NCBI GenBank assembly: GCA_965202625.1
Contig: CBDBBI010000010.1
Location: forward strand, 2,592,001 to 2,656,000
Source of the DNA: a bacterium
Lineage (GTDB): Bacteria; UBA8248
Reading direction: 5' to 3'
Length of the DNA stretch: 64,000 bases
Part shown: positions 40,030 to 50,008 of the stretch, piece by piece
Numbering within the stretch: position 1 is the first letter of the stretch
Layout: each line of letters starts with the position of its first letter
Program-made: the position numbers and the translations under genes
Notes under the pieces: generated by a model
What the model saw: the letters and a program-made list of their open reading frames with translations, nothing else
Told to the model about the DNA's origin: nothing
Database searches by the model: none

Positions 40030-41028
40030 ATGGTTACAGGCAAAGTGCGCCTCGCCTCTATCGGGCTTGGGTGGTGGGCTGGTGTGTTAGCGGATGCTTT
40101 GAATCGAAGTGGTTCCGGCGAAGTAGTTTCAGGTTTCGCGCGGAGTGCAGACGCCCGAAAGATGTTTTCCGAGAAATACAGTTGCCGAGCGGCGGGCAGA
40201 CTAGACGATATATGGAAAGACCCGGAGGTAGACGGCGTTCTCATCGCGACGCCTCATTCCACGCACCTTGACATGATCTCCCAAGCCGCATCGGCCGGCA
40301 AGCACGTATTCGTCGAGAAACCTCTTACCTTGACGGCCGAAGAGGCAAAAAAGGCGATTGAGGTGACGTCAAGCGCGAATGTGACTCTACAAGTGGGACA
40401 TCATCGCCGCCGATTCGGTGCCAATCGCAAGATCAGGGAAATGATAGACGGCGGCGAGCTGGGTATGCTGCACCAGCTGGAAGCTAATCTCTCGCTTCCT
40501 ATGGGGTTTGAACCCAGACAAGGTTGGCGCAACGATGCGGAAGAATGCCCGGTGGGATCCATGACGGGTCTCGGCGTGCATATGGTCGATAATCTGCAAT
40601 ACTTGGCTGGTCCCGCAAAAAAAGTATGTGCGTTTAGTAAAAAATTATTGGGCAAAACGAATCTCGACGACACGACGAGCATTATCATTGAATATGAGCG
40701 CGGCCCGTTGGGCTATATTGGAACCACTTTTGTTATTCCCAAAATTTGTGATACCGCGGCTTTTGGTACGAAAATGAGAGCATACAGTCTTGAGGAAGGC
40801 GGAAAACTTCATGTGGCCAAGGTAGGCGAAGAGGTGTTGACGGAGGTTGCTGTCGTAGGCGGAGACGCCTTGGCGGATGAGATGGATGAATTTTGCAAGT
40901 GCATCCGGGGAGAGGCGACTCCTGAAACGGGCGGACACGAGGGGCTCGAAGTCGTCTCGGTGCTTGAGGCGGTTGTCAAGAGCGTGAACACAGGCCAGGT
41001 CGTGGAGGTGGCGTCCGTTCGGGGATAA
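40030..41028 (+). CDS. Gfo/Idh/MocA-family oxidoreductase
   Basis: IGLGWW, IATPHSTH, GKHVFVEKP, GVHMVD. Confidence 0.92.
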   Translation: MVTGKVRLASIGLGWWAGVLADALNRSGSGEVVSGFARSADARKMFSEKYSCRAAGRLDDIWKDPEVDGVLIATPHSTHLDMISQAASAGKHVFVEKPLTLTAEEAKKAIEVTSSANVTLQVGHHRRRFGANRKIREMIDGGELGMLHQLEANLSLPMGFEPRQGWRNDAEECPVGSMTGLGVHMVDNLQYLAGPAKKVCAFSKKLLGKTNLDDTTSIIIEYERGPLGYIGTTFVIPKICDTAAFGTKMRAYSLEEGGKLHVAKVGEEVLTEVAVVGGDALADEMDEFCKCIRGEATPETGGHEGLEVVSVLEAVVKSVNTGQVVEVASVRG

Positions 41029-41055
41029 GTCTTGAGCGTTGTTTTGGAGGGAAAA

Positions 41056-43302
41056 ATGTCTCGGATGACTTATGTTGGCGCGTCGCCGACCAAAGCTGAC
41101 GCCCTGGCGAAAGCGGTTGGTGACACCATCTATGGCGATGATTTCCATATGCCGGGGGAGATATACGGCAAAGTTGTTCGCGCCCCAATGGCTCCGGCAA
41201 GAATCAAAAAGATAGACGCGAGCAAGGCGCTTGCACTGCCGGGTGTGCATTGTGTTTTAAGCGCGCAGGACATTCCTGGCAAAAATGCCGGCCGTTATCC
41301 TGATTTTCCTGTACTCGTAGATAATGTTGTCACCGGTATCGGCGATGCTGTTGCCCTCGTGGCTGCGGACACCAGGGATTTGGCGGATGAGGCGGCCACG
41401 CTCGTAAATGTCGTTTATGAAAGGATTTCGGGCGTTTATGACTTCACTAGTCTTGCGCAAGGCGAGGTGATCTGCGACTGGAAAACGGAGAAGGGGAATG
41501 TGGCTGCTGGGTTCGAAAAAGCGGACATGGTGGTAGAGAATATCTATTTTTCCGCTTGTCTTGATCACGCGTTCATTGAACCTGAAGGTGGCGTCGCCTG
41601 GATCGATGAGCGTGGCGTGGTGAACATTCGAGTCCCCACCCAAATGATAGAGAATTATCAAAACGTGGCGAGAATTTTAGGTTTGCCATTGAGCCGCGTT
41701 CGATATGATTGTCCGATGTTGGGCGGGGCCTTTGGCGGGAAAGAACATCCGCTTTTGGGTGCCTTTATGGCGTTGTTGGCGATGGAAACGGGACGTCCGG
41801 TGCACATGGCCTATTCCCGAGAGGAAACCATGAACACCGGTAGTAAAAAACACCCTTTCCTTATGAAATACAAGACCGGTGCCACGAAAGATGGAAAACT
41901 CACAGCACTTGAGGTGGATATCATCGGCGATGCGGGGGGGTATGCGGCCAACAGCAAGGGTCTGCTTTTAGGGGCGCTTGTGTTGAGCGGCGGACCCTAT
42001 GAGATCCCCAACGCAAGAGGCCGTTCGCGTGCGGTCAAGACGAACAACCCCTTTACCGAGGCGATGCGCGGCGTGGGGGCGAACCAAGTATGTTTCGCCT
42101 ATGAGGCCCAAATGGATGAGCTGGCGTGTCAATTAGGGATGGACCCCTTGGAGTTTCGCGAGAGGAATTTTATCAAAAAAGGCGCGACGCTCATGCAAAA
42201 ACAACCCGTGCCCTCACGAGTGATGTTGCCCGAGTTGGCTGAGAAAATCAAAAAGCTCGTCGGTCGCTCGGTAGGACGCACGCCCGAGAAAGATCATGGC
42301 CCATGGCGCGTGGGTGTCGGGATTATCGCAAATATCGGGGGATATGGGAGACCCAGGAACGAGGGGGAAGTCTATGTGTCCATTGATGCCGACGGCAGCG
42401 TCAACGTGCGCACGGGTGCTTCTGACGTGGGAGCTGGCCAAACCCAGACGAATCGCCAAATCGCGGCCGAAGCCCTAGGCGTTTCTTTAGAAAACGTGAC
42501 GGTGACCATGTCGGATTCTCACGTTACTCCCCTTGTGGGCGTGACGGCTGGTAGTCGGCAGACGATGATCTCGGGCGGTTCTTGTTATCGGGCATCAACG
42601 CAGTTGCGGGAGAGGGTGCTTAGGGGCGCAGCGGAGCTGCTCGAAGCCGCGCCCGAGGATTTGGAGATGAAAGATGGAAGGATTTCTGTGAAAGCCGCCC
42701 AGGAGCGTGCTGTCGGTTTCACCGAGGCTATCGCCCAGTGCGGGAGGATGGGAATCGACCTTCACACAGTGGGAAAAATGAAAATCGGCGTTCATGAGTA
42801 TGAGGGGAATGAACGATATGGCGATGCCGGTGGCTGGATGGATTATGTTTTTGGCGTTCACGCCGCCGAAGTGGAAGTGAACGTCGATACGGGGGAGCTT
42901 CGCGTGCTGAACTACTGGTCGGGGCATGACGTTGGCCAGGCCATTAACCTGCAGCATGTGGAGGGGCAGTTTGAGGGCGGCGCGATGATGGGAGTCGGCC
43001 ATGCCTTGACTGAGGAGGTTCTTACGCAAAAAGGTACGCTTCTCAACAATGAATTTCATGGCTATCTCATTCCCACCTCGGTAGATGCGCCTGAGTGGGA
43101 CAACGTCATACTGGAGTCAGGCGAGGGGCTTGGACCTTATGGGGCGAAAGGGATTGGAGAGCCCCCCTGCACCGCGGGCGCCGCGGCTGTAGCCTGTGCG
43201 GTTGGCCAGGCGATTGGCGCGCGCATTACGCGCATCCCCATCACGCCAGATCACGTGATGGAGACGTTGGGCCGTCTGAACAAAAATGGAAGCCAAAACT
43301 AA
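41056..43302 (+). CDS. Xanthine dehydrogenase-family molybdopterin-binding (large) subunit
   Basis: HAFIEPE, GGAFGGK, AMRGVG, DVGAGQ, TAGSRQT, KGIGEPP. Confidence 0.92.
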   Translation: MSRMTYVGASPTKADALAKAVGDTIYGDDFHMPGEIYGKVVRAPMAPARIKKIDASKALALPGVHCVLSAQDIPGKNAGRYPDFPVLVDNVVTGIGDAVALVAADTRDLADEAATLVNVVYERISGVYDFTSLAQGEVICDWKTEKGNVAAGFEKADMVVENIYFSACLDHAFIEPEGGVAWIDERGVVNIRVPTQMIENYQNVARILGLPLSRVRYDCPMLGGAFGGKEHPLLGAFMALLAMETGRPVHMAYSREETMNTGSKKHPFLMKYKTGATKDGKLTALEVDIIGDAGGYAANSKGLLLGALVLSGGPYEIPNARGRSRAVKTNNPFTEAMRGVGANQVCFAYEAQMDELACQLGMDPLEFRERNFIKKGATLMQKQPVPSRVMLPELAEKIKKLVGRSVGRTPEKDHGPWRVGVGIIANIGGYGRPRNEGEVYVSIDADGSVNVRTGASDVGAGQTQTNRQIAAEALGVSLENVTVTMSDSHVTPLVGVTAGSRQTMISGGSCYRASTQLRERVLRGAAELLEAAPEDLEMKDGRISVKAAQERAVGFTEAIAQCGRMGIDLHTVGKMKIGVHEYEGNERYGDAGGWMDYVFGVHAAEVEVNVDTGELRVLNYWSGHDVGQAINLQHVEGQFEGGAMMGVGHALTEEVLTQKGTLLNNEFHGYLIPTSVDAPEWDNVILESGEGLGPYGAKGIGEPPCTAGAAAVACAVGQAIGARITRIPITPDHVMETLGRLNKNGSQN

Positions 43303-43701
43303 GCGAGCGTCCCCTATAATACTAAAGGTTCTTGTTGAATGAAGTGCCCCGCACTCGTTATGGGGCTTGTCTACGTCATAAAGCGCGGCGGTGCCCCTAT
43401 CGTATTTTTTTCTCTAGGGTGTATTTGAATCTCGCCCACTCTGGCTAGATAAAGATCTATGCTCTCGCCTTTAGACTGGCCGCTCGTCCTTGTTGACATT
43501 ACGTTTGCCTTAGGGGCTGGAGTTCTCATTTGCAAATCGGTTCTAAAACCATGGCTTCATATTTTATGGCGGAGCGCATTTTGCCCTAGGTGTGGGTGTT
43601 CGTTGGTACTTGGATGCAGATGAGCGGGTTGGGAATCCTGTTGATTTCTCTGTTTGCATGGCATGGGGAATTGATTTGTTTGTCTGAGAAGACTTGGGTG
43701 T

Positions 43702-43736
43702 AAAAACCCCGGGAAGAACGGAAATTCCCGGGGTTT
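43702..43736 (-). terminator. Terminator after the OsmC-like gene
   Basis: AAACCCCGGGAA..TTCCCGGGGTTT stem ending in a T run on the minus strand. Confidence 0.75.
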
Positions 43737-43750
43737 CGATGACGAACTTC

Positions 43751-44227
43751 TTATTCGTCGACTTCTTCGAACTCCGCCGTGTGTTCTACGATGATTCCGC
43801 GCTGCACGCTTTGGCTGGCTGGGCAGCCTTTGTCGTGAACGGCGAGTGCGCGTTCGGCGTATTCTCGCTTTCCTTTCGGAATTTTGCACCTGTAGTGGAC
43901 CTTGATCTTGGTGACCAAGGCCGTCCCGTCTATGTTCTCAATGACGCCCTCGACTTCCGCCACGAGGTTATCTGGACTGCTCTTGATTCCGCGCGCCTCC
44001 AGCGCGCCGCCCATGTTACCAGTCAGTCAGCCTGCGACGGCGGCGGCCAGGTGATCCAGAGTGGCCGGCCGTTCTTCCACGGGTTCCGCCTTGTAGAAAT
44101 TTTTGATCCCCCCGTGGATGCCATAGGGAATCGGCTGATCCGGAAATGCGTCCAAATACGCCGTTTTCATTCCCTTACCTGGTTCTTTGACGATCCGGGC
44201 TTTGGTGACGTGAATGATTTCGCCCAT
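43751..44227 (-). CDS. OsmC-family protein, probable selenoprotein (UGA at 44027-44029)
   Basis: ORFs 44027..44227 and 43751..44014 are in frame: LDHLAAAVAG-TGA-LTGNMGGALEARG..HDKGCPASQS. UGA occupies the first catalytic Cys site and is followed by a hairpin. Confidence 0.82.
43991..44007 (-). promoter_or_regulatory. Candidate bacterial SECIS hairpin
   Basis: GCGCGCT-GGA-GGCGCGC, with the G-led loop starting 26 nt after UGA. Confidence 0.6.
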
Positions 44228-44340
44228 CGATGTTCTCCTTCAGAGGATAAGGCATGAAGAATCTCTATAAAATGACGCCTGCGCGCCAAGGATAGCATGC
44301 TGATGAATTCGAGAAAACCGGCATTTCACGCCCGGAGTTT

Positions 44341-45255
44341 TTACGCGATAACGAATATTGTGCCTGTTACGGTGAGCAGCGATCCAAAAATGAGTCGAGG
44401 CGTAATGTTTTCCGCCTCGCGCATGAAGAACCAACCGATGAGGATGACGATAAGCGGCTGGGCGGAAACGATGGCCGTAACACGTACGGCCATGGTGTGT
44501 ATGAATGCGAAATTATAAAGCGGCACCGCGATGGTCTGGCAGGCGCCTGCGGCAAAAAGCCATGGCCATGATGAGGAGGGAATCGCCCCCTGTGATTCTT
44601 CGCCTTTGTTAAATAGGACGAGGAGAGAAGCCGTAGCAGCTCCCACCCAAAGAGCGATGGAAGCGGTGGCGAGCGGGTGAAGATTCAAGGACGCTTTTTT
44701 GAAGAACACGGCCGCTACGCCCCACAGAATAGACGTGATGCCGGCTGAAAGCCAACCGAACAGCTCCCATTTGGCTCCGTGGGCTTTCGACGCAGTGGGC
44801 GGTGGCGGTTCAGCTTGAACGATCAACGTTATTCCGCCAAGTAAAATCAAAAGACCGAAGATAATGGAAAGCGTTGGTGCCTCCCCTAGGAAAAAGGAGG
44901 CCGTAATTGCTGTGACGACAGGATATGTCATGGCGATAGGTATGGAGCGGTTTGGGCCTATTCGGTGAATGGAGCGGTAGAAAAAAGAGCGTGATATGCC
45001 AATGTGGAAGAAGCCCGCCAGGAAGCTAAAAAGCAGAGCGGTCGTGTTGGTGTTCGATAGGTCATCGATTGATATAAGATAGATGGCGATGAGCGTTACG
45101 AGTGCGGCGTTGATGGTTGTGACGGCCGCGGTGACTTTGAGGATGGGGGCGTTCGTCAGCCCTTTCTTGATGAAATACGTGAATACCGCCCAGGATATAG
45201 AAGCGATTGAAGCCAACAACACGCCATAGGTATTGGATTCGATGTTCATTTCCAT
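44341..45255 (-). CDS. DMT/EamA-family transporter
   Basis: About 10 TM helices in two repeats; FFLGEAPT..IIFGLLILLGG and REAENITPRLIFG. Confidence 0.85.
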   Translation of the reverse strand: MEMNIESNTYGVLLASIASISWAVFTYFIKKGLTNAPILKVTAAVTTINAALVTLIAIYLISIDDLSNTNTTALLFSFLAGFFHIGISRSFFYRSIHRIGPNRSIPIAMTYPVVTAITASFFLGEAPTLSIIFGLLILLGGITLIVQAEPPPPTASKAHGAKWELFGWLSAGITSILWGVAAVFFKKASLNLHPLATASIALWVGAATASLLVLFNKGEESQGAIPSSSWPWLFAAGACQTIAVPLYNFAFIHTMAVRVTAIVSAQPLIVILIGWFFMREAENITPRLIFGSLLTVTGTIFVIA

Positions 45256-45314
45256 GGAAATACGCGGGGAGGTGCGGCACGGAGGGAGGTTGTGGGGGGT
45301 ATAGGCAATGAAAG

Positions 45315-45938
45315 TTATTTGTCGGGGTTGACGCAAAGTACCGCGCGCCAATAATCAAAGACGTTGACGCGCTCTTGGCGTTTGAGAATAAGGTTGTTCG
45401 CTTCGAGGAGGGGTTCGAGATCCAAGGTGGTCTCCCATCCAAATTTCTTGCAAACGTCGTTGATGAGCTCCTCGAACTTAGACAACAAAAGATGATTGCT
45501 TTTGAAATGGTTGATAAATACGATGCGTCCCCCTGGCTTGCATACGCGAGAAATTTCCGAAACGACTTTGTGTGGATCGGGAGCTGCACTCACCACATAG
45601 CAGGCTGTGACGCAGTCGAAGCTGTTGTCCTCATAGCCCATATTTTGCGCGTCCATCACACGGAGTTCGACATTGCCAAGCCCCATTCTGTCCACTTTTT
45701 GTTTTGCCTTTTCGAGCATTTTAGAGGAGATGTCGATGGCGACAATCTCAGAGGTGGGCGGATAAAGCGGCAAGGAAAGTCCGGTGCCCACGCCTACTTC
45801 AAGTAGTTTTTCACTCGGTTTCAGGTCGAGCAAATCGACGCCAACGTTTCTGCCTTCGTGAAATACGTGTTTAAAGACGAAATCGTAGAATTTCCCCCAG
45901 CGATCGTATATCTTTATTACGGTGTCCGACGATTGCAC
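45315..45938 (-). CDS. Class I SAM methyltransferase, Rhodobacter-type phospholipid N-methyltransferase-like
   Basis: YDRWGKFYDFVF, LEVGVGTGLSLPLY, MDAQ, YVVSAAPDP, RVCKPGG..NHF. Confidence 0.78.
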   Translation of the reverse strand: MQSSDTVIKIYDRWGKFYDFVFKHVFHEGRNVGVDLLDLKPSEKLLEVGVGTGLSLPLYPPTSEIVAIDISSKMLEKAKQKVDRMGLGNVELRVMDAQNMGYEDNSFDCVTACYVVSAAPDPHKVVSEISRVCKPGGRIVFINHFKSNHLLLSKFEELINDVCKKFGWETTLDLEPLLEANNLILKRQERVNVFDYWRAVLCVNPDK

Positions 45939-46142
45939 TTTAGGGCTCCTCGGCTAGACTTCTCATCCTCGTGGCTACTCGGTGAATCTAGTGGGCGAGC
46001 GTCGTTCCGTTGACTAATATACGGGGACGCTCCCTAGTTTGGGTAATTTTTATTCAATTCTAACTTCTCCTTTTCACTTTTCATTATATGACATATTTTA
46101 AGGTAAAGGGAAATCTTTTACCAATCATGGGAGAATAGCATA

Positions 46143-46727
46143 ATGCCTTCGAATACCATAGGCTTTGAAGAAGACGGCTTGGCCCTCGTGCGATTGAATC
46201 GTCCCAAGGCGCTAAACGCTCTCAACAGTGAATGAAATGGCCCAAGAGCTGTGCGAAGCGTGCGAACGATGTAATGCGTCTGACGTCCGCGCGATGGTTT
46301 TAACGGGAGAGGGACGCGCTTTCTCCGCAGGTGGAGACCCCAAGGAGATCGAAGCGCGCGTGGATATGGGTGAAAAAATGGAGGAATTTCTTTGGCCTGG
46401 CTATCAAGAAGTTCGATGCCCGACGGTGGCGGCGGTCAATGATCTTGCCGTAGGCGCAGGCGGCGCTGTCCATCGGCCTTGTTCGCTCCCTTCACCCCGA
46501 TGAGTCGCTCATGGAGGCGGAGATGGCACTGGGGCGGAAACTTGTCGATGGGCCATCCATTGCTCTGCGTGCGGCAAGAAGCTCGTTCATCAATCAAGCG
46601 GCCTGGATGTGGCCGCCGCGCTTCGTTCGGAGGCGGAAGCGCTAGCTTGGATTTTCAGGAGGGAATTTCCGCTTTTTTGGAGAAACGCAAACCTTCGATT
46701 CCAGGGCAAATGATCGGTTGCCTTTGA
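46143..46727 (+). pseudogene. Enoyl-CoA hydratase pseudogene
   Basis: LNRPKALNALNSE* (TGAA duplication near 46229), then LTGEGRAFSAGGD..PTVAAVND.AVGAG, an apparent internal deletion, and DFQEGISAFLEKRKP in another ORF. Confidence 0.85.
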
Positions 46728-46758
46728 TTGGTGACTCGGTCCCTATAAGGGACGCTTT

Positions 46759-47742
46759 TTGAGTATGGAAGCCTATCTTGCAAGTTTGCCTGTTTGGGCA
46801 AATCTCGTTTTATTTTCTGTGAGTATTTTCATCATCACGAAAGGCGCCGATTGGTTTACCGGCGGAGCGGTTGGCGTCGCGCAAATAACAGGGATTCCCA
46901 AAGTGGTAGTTGGCGCCACCTTGGTGAGTTTAGGGACGACGGCTCCCGAATTCAGCGTTTCCGCCATTGCGGCCTATTGGGGTCACCCGGCCACGTCCGT
47001 CGGAAACGCGCTGGGGTCCACCATTTGCAACATTGGGCTCATTTTAGCGGTCGCGTCCTTGATTGCGCCTGTTTCTCTATCCAGAGGAGACATTTTACCG
47101 AAGGGCGCCTTTATGCTGACGCTAGGCGTATTGATGATTCTCTTGGCCTGGGACGCGCAACTCGGCAGGGCGGAAGGATTGGTTTTGCTCGTATTGGTGT
47201 TTTTCTACCTGGGGTTTATCTATTTATGGGGCAAGAAGAGAGCGAAATGGTCGAATTTGGAGAACGCCGAGAATACGCCCATGACTCCCCAGGCGTATCG
47301 CGTCGGGCTGCGATTCATAACTGGCGCGATTTCAGTCGTCTTTGGGAGCATTTTACTCGTGCAAAATGCGGCGCATTTTGCACGAGCGATGGGCATTCCT
47401 GAACTCGTCATAGGTCTCACTCTCGTAGCGCTTGGCACTTCGTTGCCTGAGTTGGTCACAGCGATTGCCGCCTCCTGGCGTGGACACGGGGACATCGCAG
47501 TCGGCAATGTGATGGGGGCGAATGTTTTGAATCTCGCGTGGGTTCTTGGTGGAGCGTCCATGATTACTCCGCTGCATTTTCAGCGGCAATCCTTTGTTTT
47601 GGATTTCCCTTTCATGCTCATGATGATGGCTCTGTTTTTGTTTCTCGCTTTATGGCAATGTGGCGTCGGACGCAGGGAGGGATTTGCGCTTCTTTCTGTG
47701 TATGTATGCTATCTGGGGCTGATGTTCGCGTATTTTGTCTGA
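46759..47742 (+). CDS. Calcium/sodium antiporter (YrbG/CaCA family)
   Basis: Alpha repeats GTTAPE..GNALGSTICN and GTSLPE..GNVMGANVLN. Confidence 0.92.
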   Translation: MSMEAYLASLPVWANLVLFSVSIFIITKGADWFTGGAVGVAQITGIPKVVVGATLVSLGTTAPEFSVSAIAAYWGHPATSVGNALGSTICNIGLILAVASLIAPVSLSRGDILPKGAFMLTLGVLMILLAWDAQLGRAEGLVLLVLVFFYLGFIYLWGKKRAKWSNLENAENTPMTPQAYRVGLRFITGAISVVFGSILLVQNAAHFARAMGIPELVIGLTLVALGTSLPELVTAIAASWRGHGDIAVGNVMGANVLNLAWVLGGASMITPLHFQRQSFVLDFPFMLMMMALFLFLALWQCGVGRREGFALLSVYVCYLGLMFAYFV

Positions 47743-48000
47743 ACAGGTCCGTGTCTGGGAGGGATTTTGTTCTGAATGATACGTCTTCCCAGGATCGGGC
47801 CGCAGCCAAGCCGGGCGGGCAACGTGGCCATCCGAAAGGTTTTCTTTAGGAGACGTTCTTCTCAGGTTCGAGGACGCGTCATGGCGTTTTGAGAGGGAGG
47901 ATTAATTTTTTTCGCCCTTTTGCGTCCATATGTTGAGCGGTTCGCTTTGGTTTTAGCTCGTTTCTCGCTCTTGCGGCCAGTGAGGGAAATGGAGATGAAC

Positions 48001-48849
48001 ATGAAAGAAATATCCACGCTCATCATAGCGGTTTTGCTGTTTGGCGGCACCCCTGCTGAAGGGGCGGAGGGGGGAAACGATGAATCAGTGAGCAATATGA
48101 ACCAGATTGTCATCGAGGTGAATGACAAGAAAATCACTTTAGGAGAAATAGAGCAGAGACTGAAATTGATGGCTCCGGCCGTTCGAATTCGTATTCGGGA
48201 AAATAGGGAGCAGTTTCTGGAGGGCTTGGTGCAGGCGGAGCTCTTATATCAAGAGGCGATTCGGCAAAGGGTTGACGAATTGCCTCAGATTCAAAAAAGG
48301 GTCGAACGTTTGAAGCGCAGACTCATCATCGAGCAGTTCTTGAGGCGAGACGTGGAAGTGGTAGGCATACCTGAGCAGCAATACCGGGATTTTTTTCTCG
48401 TCAACAAAGAGCGATTTCGCCGCGAGGAATCGGTGACCCTCGGCCACGTCGTGCTGAAAACTGAAAAAGAGGCATGGGATGCGGTCGCGCAACTCAGGCG
48501 AGGAATTCCCTTTTCGCAGGTGGCGAGGCGGCGCTCCATCTTCGAGTCCACGCGCGATTCGGGCGGAATGATGGGGACGGCCGAGCGGGGGGAGCTGGAG
48601 AAGGTGTTGGAGGATTTGGCGTTCAGCCTTCCGATCGGGCAGCCCAGCGATCCGATAAAGACATCGGTCGGCTGGCAGATCATAAGGGTTATGGAGCGCG
48701 TCGGAGCGCAGGATGCGAAATATGAGGACGTCAAGGACGACGTAAAGCTCCTTTACTCGGAGCTGAAGCGTCGGGAGAGGTATGAGGCGCTGCTGAGGGA
48801 TTTGCGAGAGAAATCCAGAATCCAGGTGCACGCGGATCGCTTCAGGTAA
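48001..48849 (+). CDS. Exported PpiC/parvulin-type peptidyl-prolyl isomerase
   Basis: Signal peptide, HVVL..FSQVARRRS..GG..AFSLPIGQPSDPIKTSVGWQII; start uncertain (47989-48001). Confidence 0.85.
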   Translation: MKEISTLIIAVLLFGGTPAEGAEGGNDESVSNMNQIVIEVNDKKITLGEIEQRLKLMAPAVRIRIRENREQFLEGLVQAELLYQEAIRQRVDELPQIQKRVERLKRRLIIEQFLRRDVEVVGIPEQQYRDFFLVNKERFRREESVTLGHVVLKTEKEAWDAVAQLRRGIPFSQVARRRSIFESTRDSGGMMGTAERGELEKVLEDLAFSLPIGQPSDPIKTSVGWQIIRVMERVGAQDAKYEDVKDDVKLLYSELKRRERYEALLRDLREKSRIQVHADRFR

Positions 48850-48889
48850 GCGGACGATCCATCGGCCGCCGCGACCCCCTCGTCCACGT

Positions 48890-48999
48890 TTTTCCACAAG
48901 TTCTGCCCGCGTATCCCCGATCCGCGCACGGTCTATCCACAACAAATTGTATTTTTCGTATACGTATAAAAAGCGTTGACATGACGCTATATGTTGTGG
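48890..48999. promoter_or_regulatory. DnaA-box-like and NrdR-box-like sites upstream of dcd
   Basis: TTTTCCACA (48890) and CTATCCACA (48933); CCACAACAAATTGTAT (48937) and ACGCTATATGTTGTGG (48984) flank TTGACA (48976). Confidence 0.55.
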
Positions 49000-49308
49000 T
49001 GATAATACTTTTGTTCCAGTTGAATTTCAAAGTGCGGTATTCAGACGTATGCGTTCTAGCGAGGAGAAAGCCTCTCCCGTTTCGGGCGGATGGGAGTGGC
49101 GTCTGGGGGTGAGAGGAGTCGGCCTTCTCTTACCCCCAGATATTTTCACTTGATTTTCGGAAAATTTACTGAAAAACGCCGTGAATTTAGTGAAATTGAC
49201 GGTATGAAAGCGGGGCGATGGGTGGCTAGGAGGCGCCTGAGTCGATGAGACCCGGATAGCGTCAGGGGGCGGGCCGCACAGCGCGCTCGGGAAAGTGGAA
49301 TTCGCAAG

Positions 49309-49863
49309 ATGTCGATCAAACCGGATAAGTGGATATCCAGAATGGCGCGCGAGCATGGCATGATAGCGCCCTTTGAGGACAGGCAGGTGCGGGAGGGTGC
49401 CATCTCCTACGGCGTCTCCTCCTATGGCTATGACATTCGCATCGCCGATGAGTTCATGATCTTCACGAACGTGAATTCCACCATCGTGGACCCGAAGAAT
49501 TTCGATGAGCGTTCGCTCGTCTGTGTGAAGGCCGAAACCTGCGTCATTCCGCCCAACTCTTTCGCCCTCGCCAAGACGGTGGAGTATTTTAGGATTCCCC
49601 GAAGCGTGCTCACCGTCTGCGTCGGCAAGAGCACCTACGCGCGCTGCGGGATCATCGTCAACGTCACGCCCTTTGAACCCGAGTGGGAGGGTTTCGTCAC
49701 TCTCGAGATTTCCAACACCACGCCCCTGCCCGCCAAGATATATGCGAACGAGGGCATCGCTCAGGTGCTGTTCTTCGAGAGCGACGAGGAGTGCGAGACC
49801 TCCTACGCCGACAAGAAGGGCAAATACCAAAAACAGCGGGGCCTCACGCTCGCGAAGCTCTAG
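49309..49863 (+). CDS. dcd: dCTP deaminase
   Basis: [42 protein letters not shown]. Confidence 0.96.
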   Translation: MSIKPDKWISRMAREHGMIAPFEDRQVREGAISYGVSSYGYDIRIADEFMIFTNVNSTIVDPKNFDERSLVCVKAETCVIPPNSFALAKTVEYFRIPRSVLTVCVGKSTYARCGIIVNVTPFEPEWEGFVTLEISNTTPLPAKIYANEGIAQVLFFESDEECETSYADKKGKYQKQRGLTLAKL

Positions 49864-50008
49864 CGGGCACGCACCGCCGTTTCCCTTTCGCCCGCCCGTC
49901 GTTTTCTTTGATGGGCGCAGGTGCGCCGGAGAGAGACGCGGCGACCTGCCGCAGATCTCGAGAGCCGTCGCCTCCGGTAGGGTTGCCGTAACTATGGCCG
50001 CGCAGCTC

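Noticed and set aside
43303-43700. AT-rich gap with a ~52-codon minus-strand ORF
   Set aside because: No motif or clear RBS supports a gene call.
48850-49308. Possible oriC
   Set aside because: Only two imperfect DnaA boxes, and no dnaA/dnaN context.
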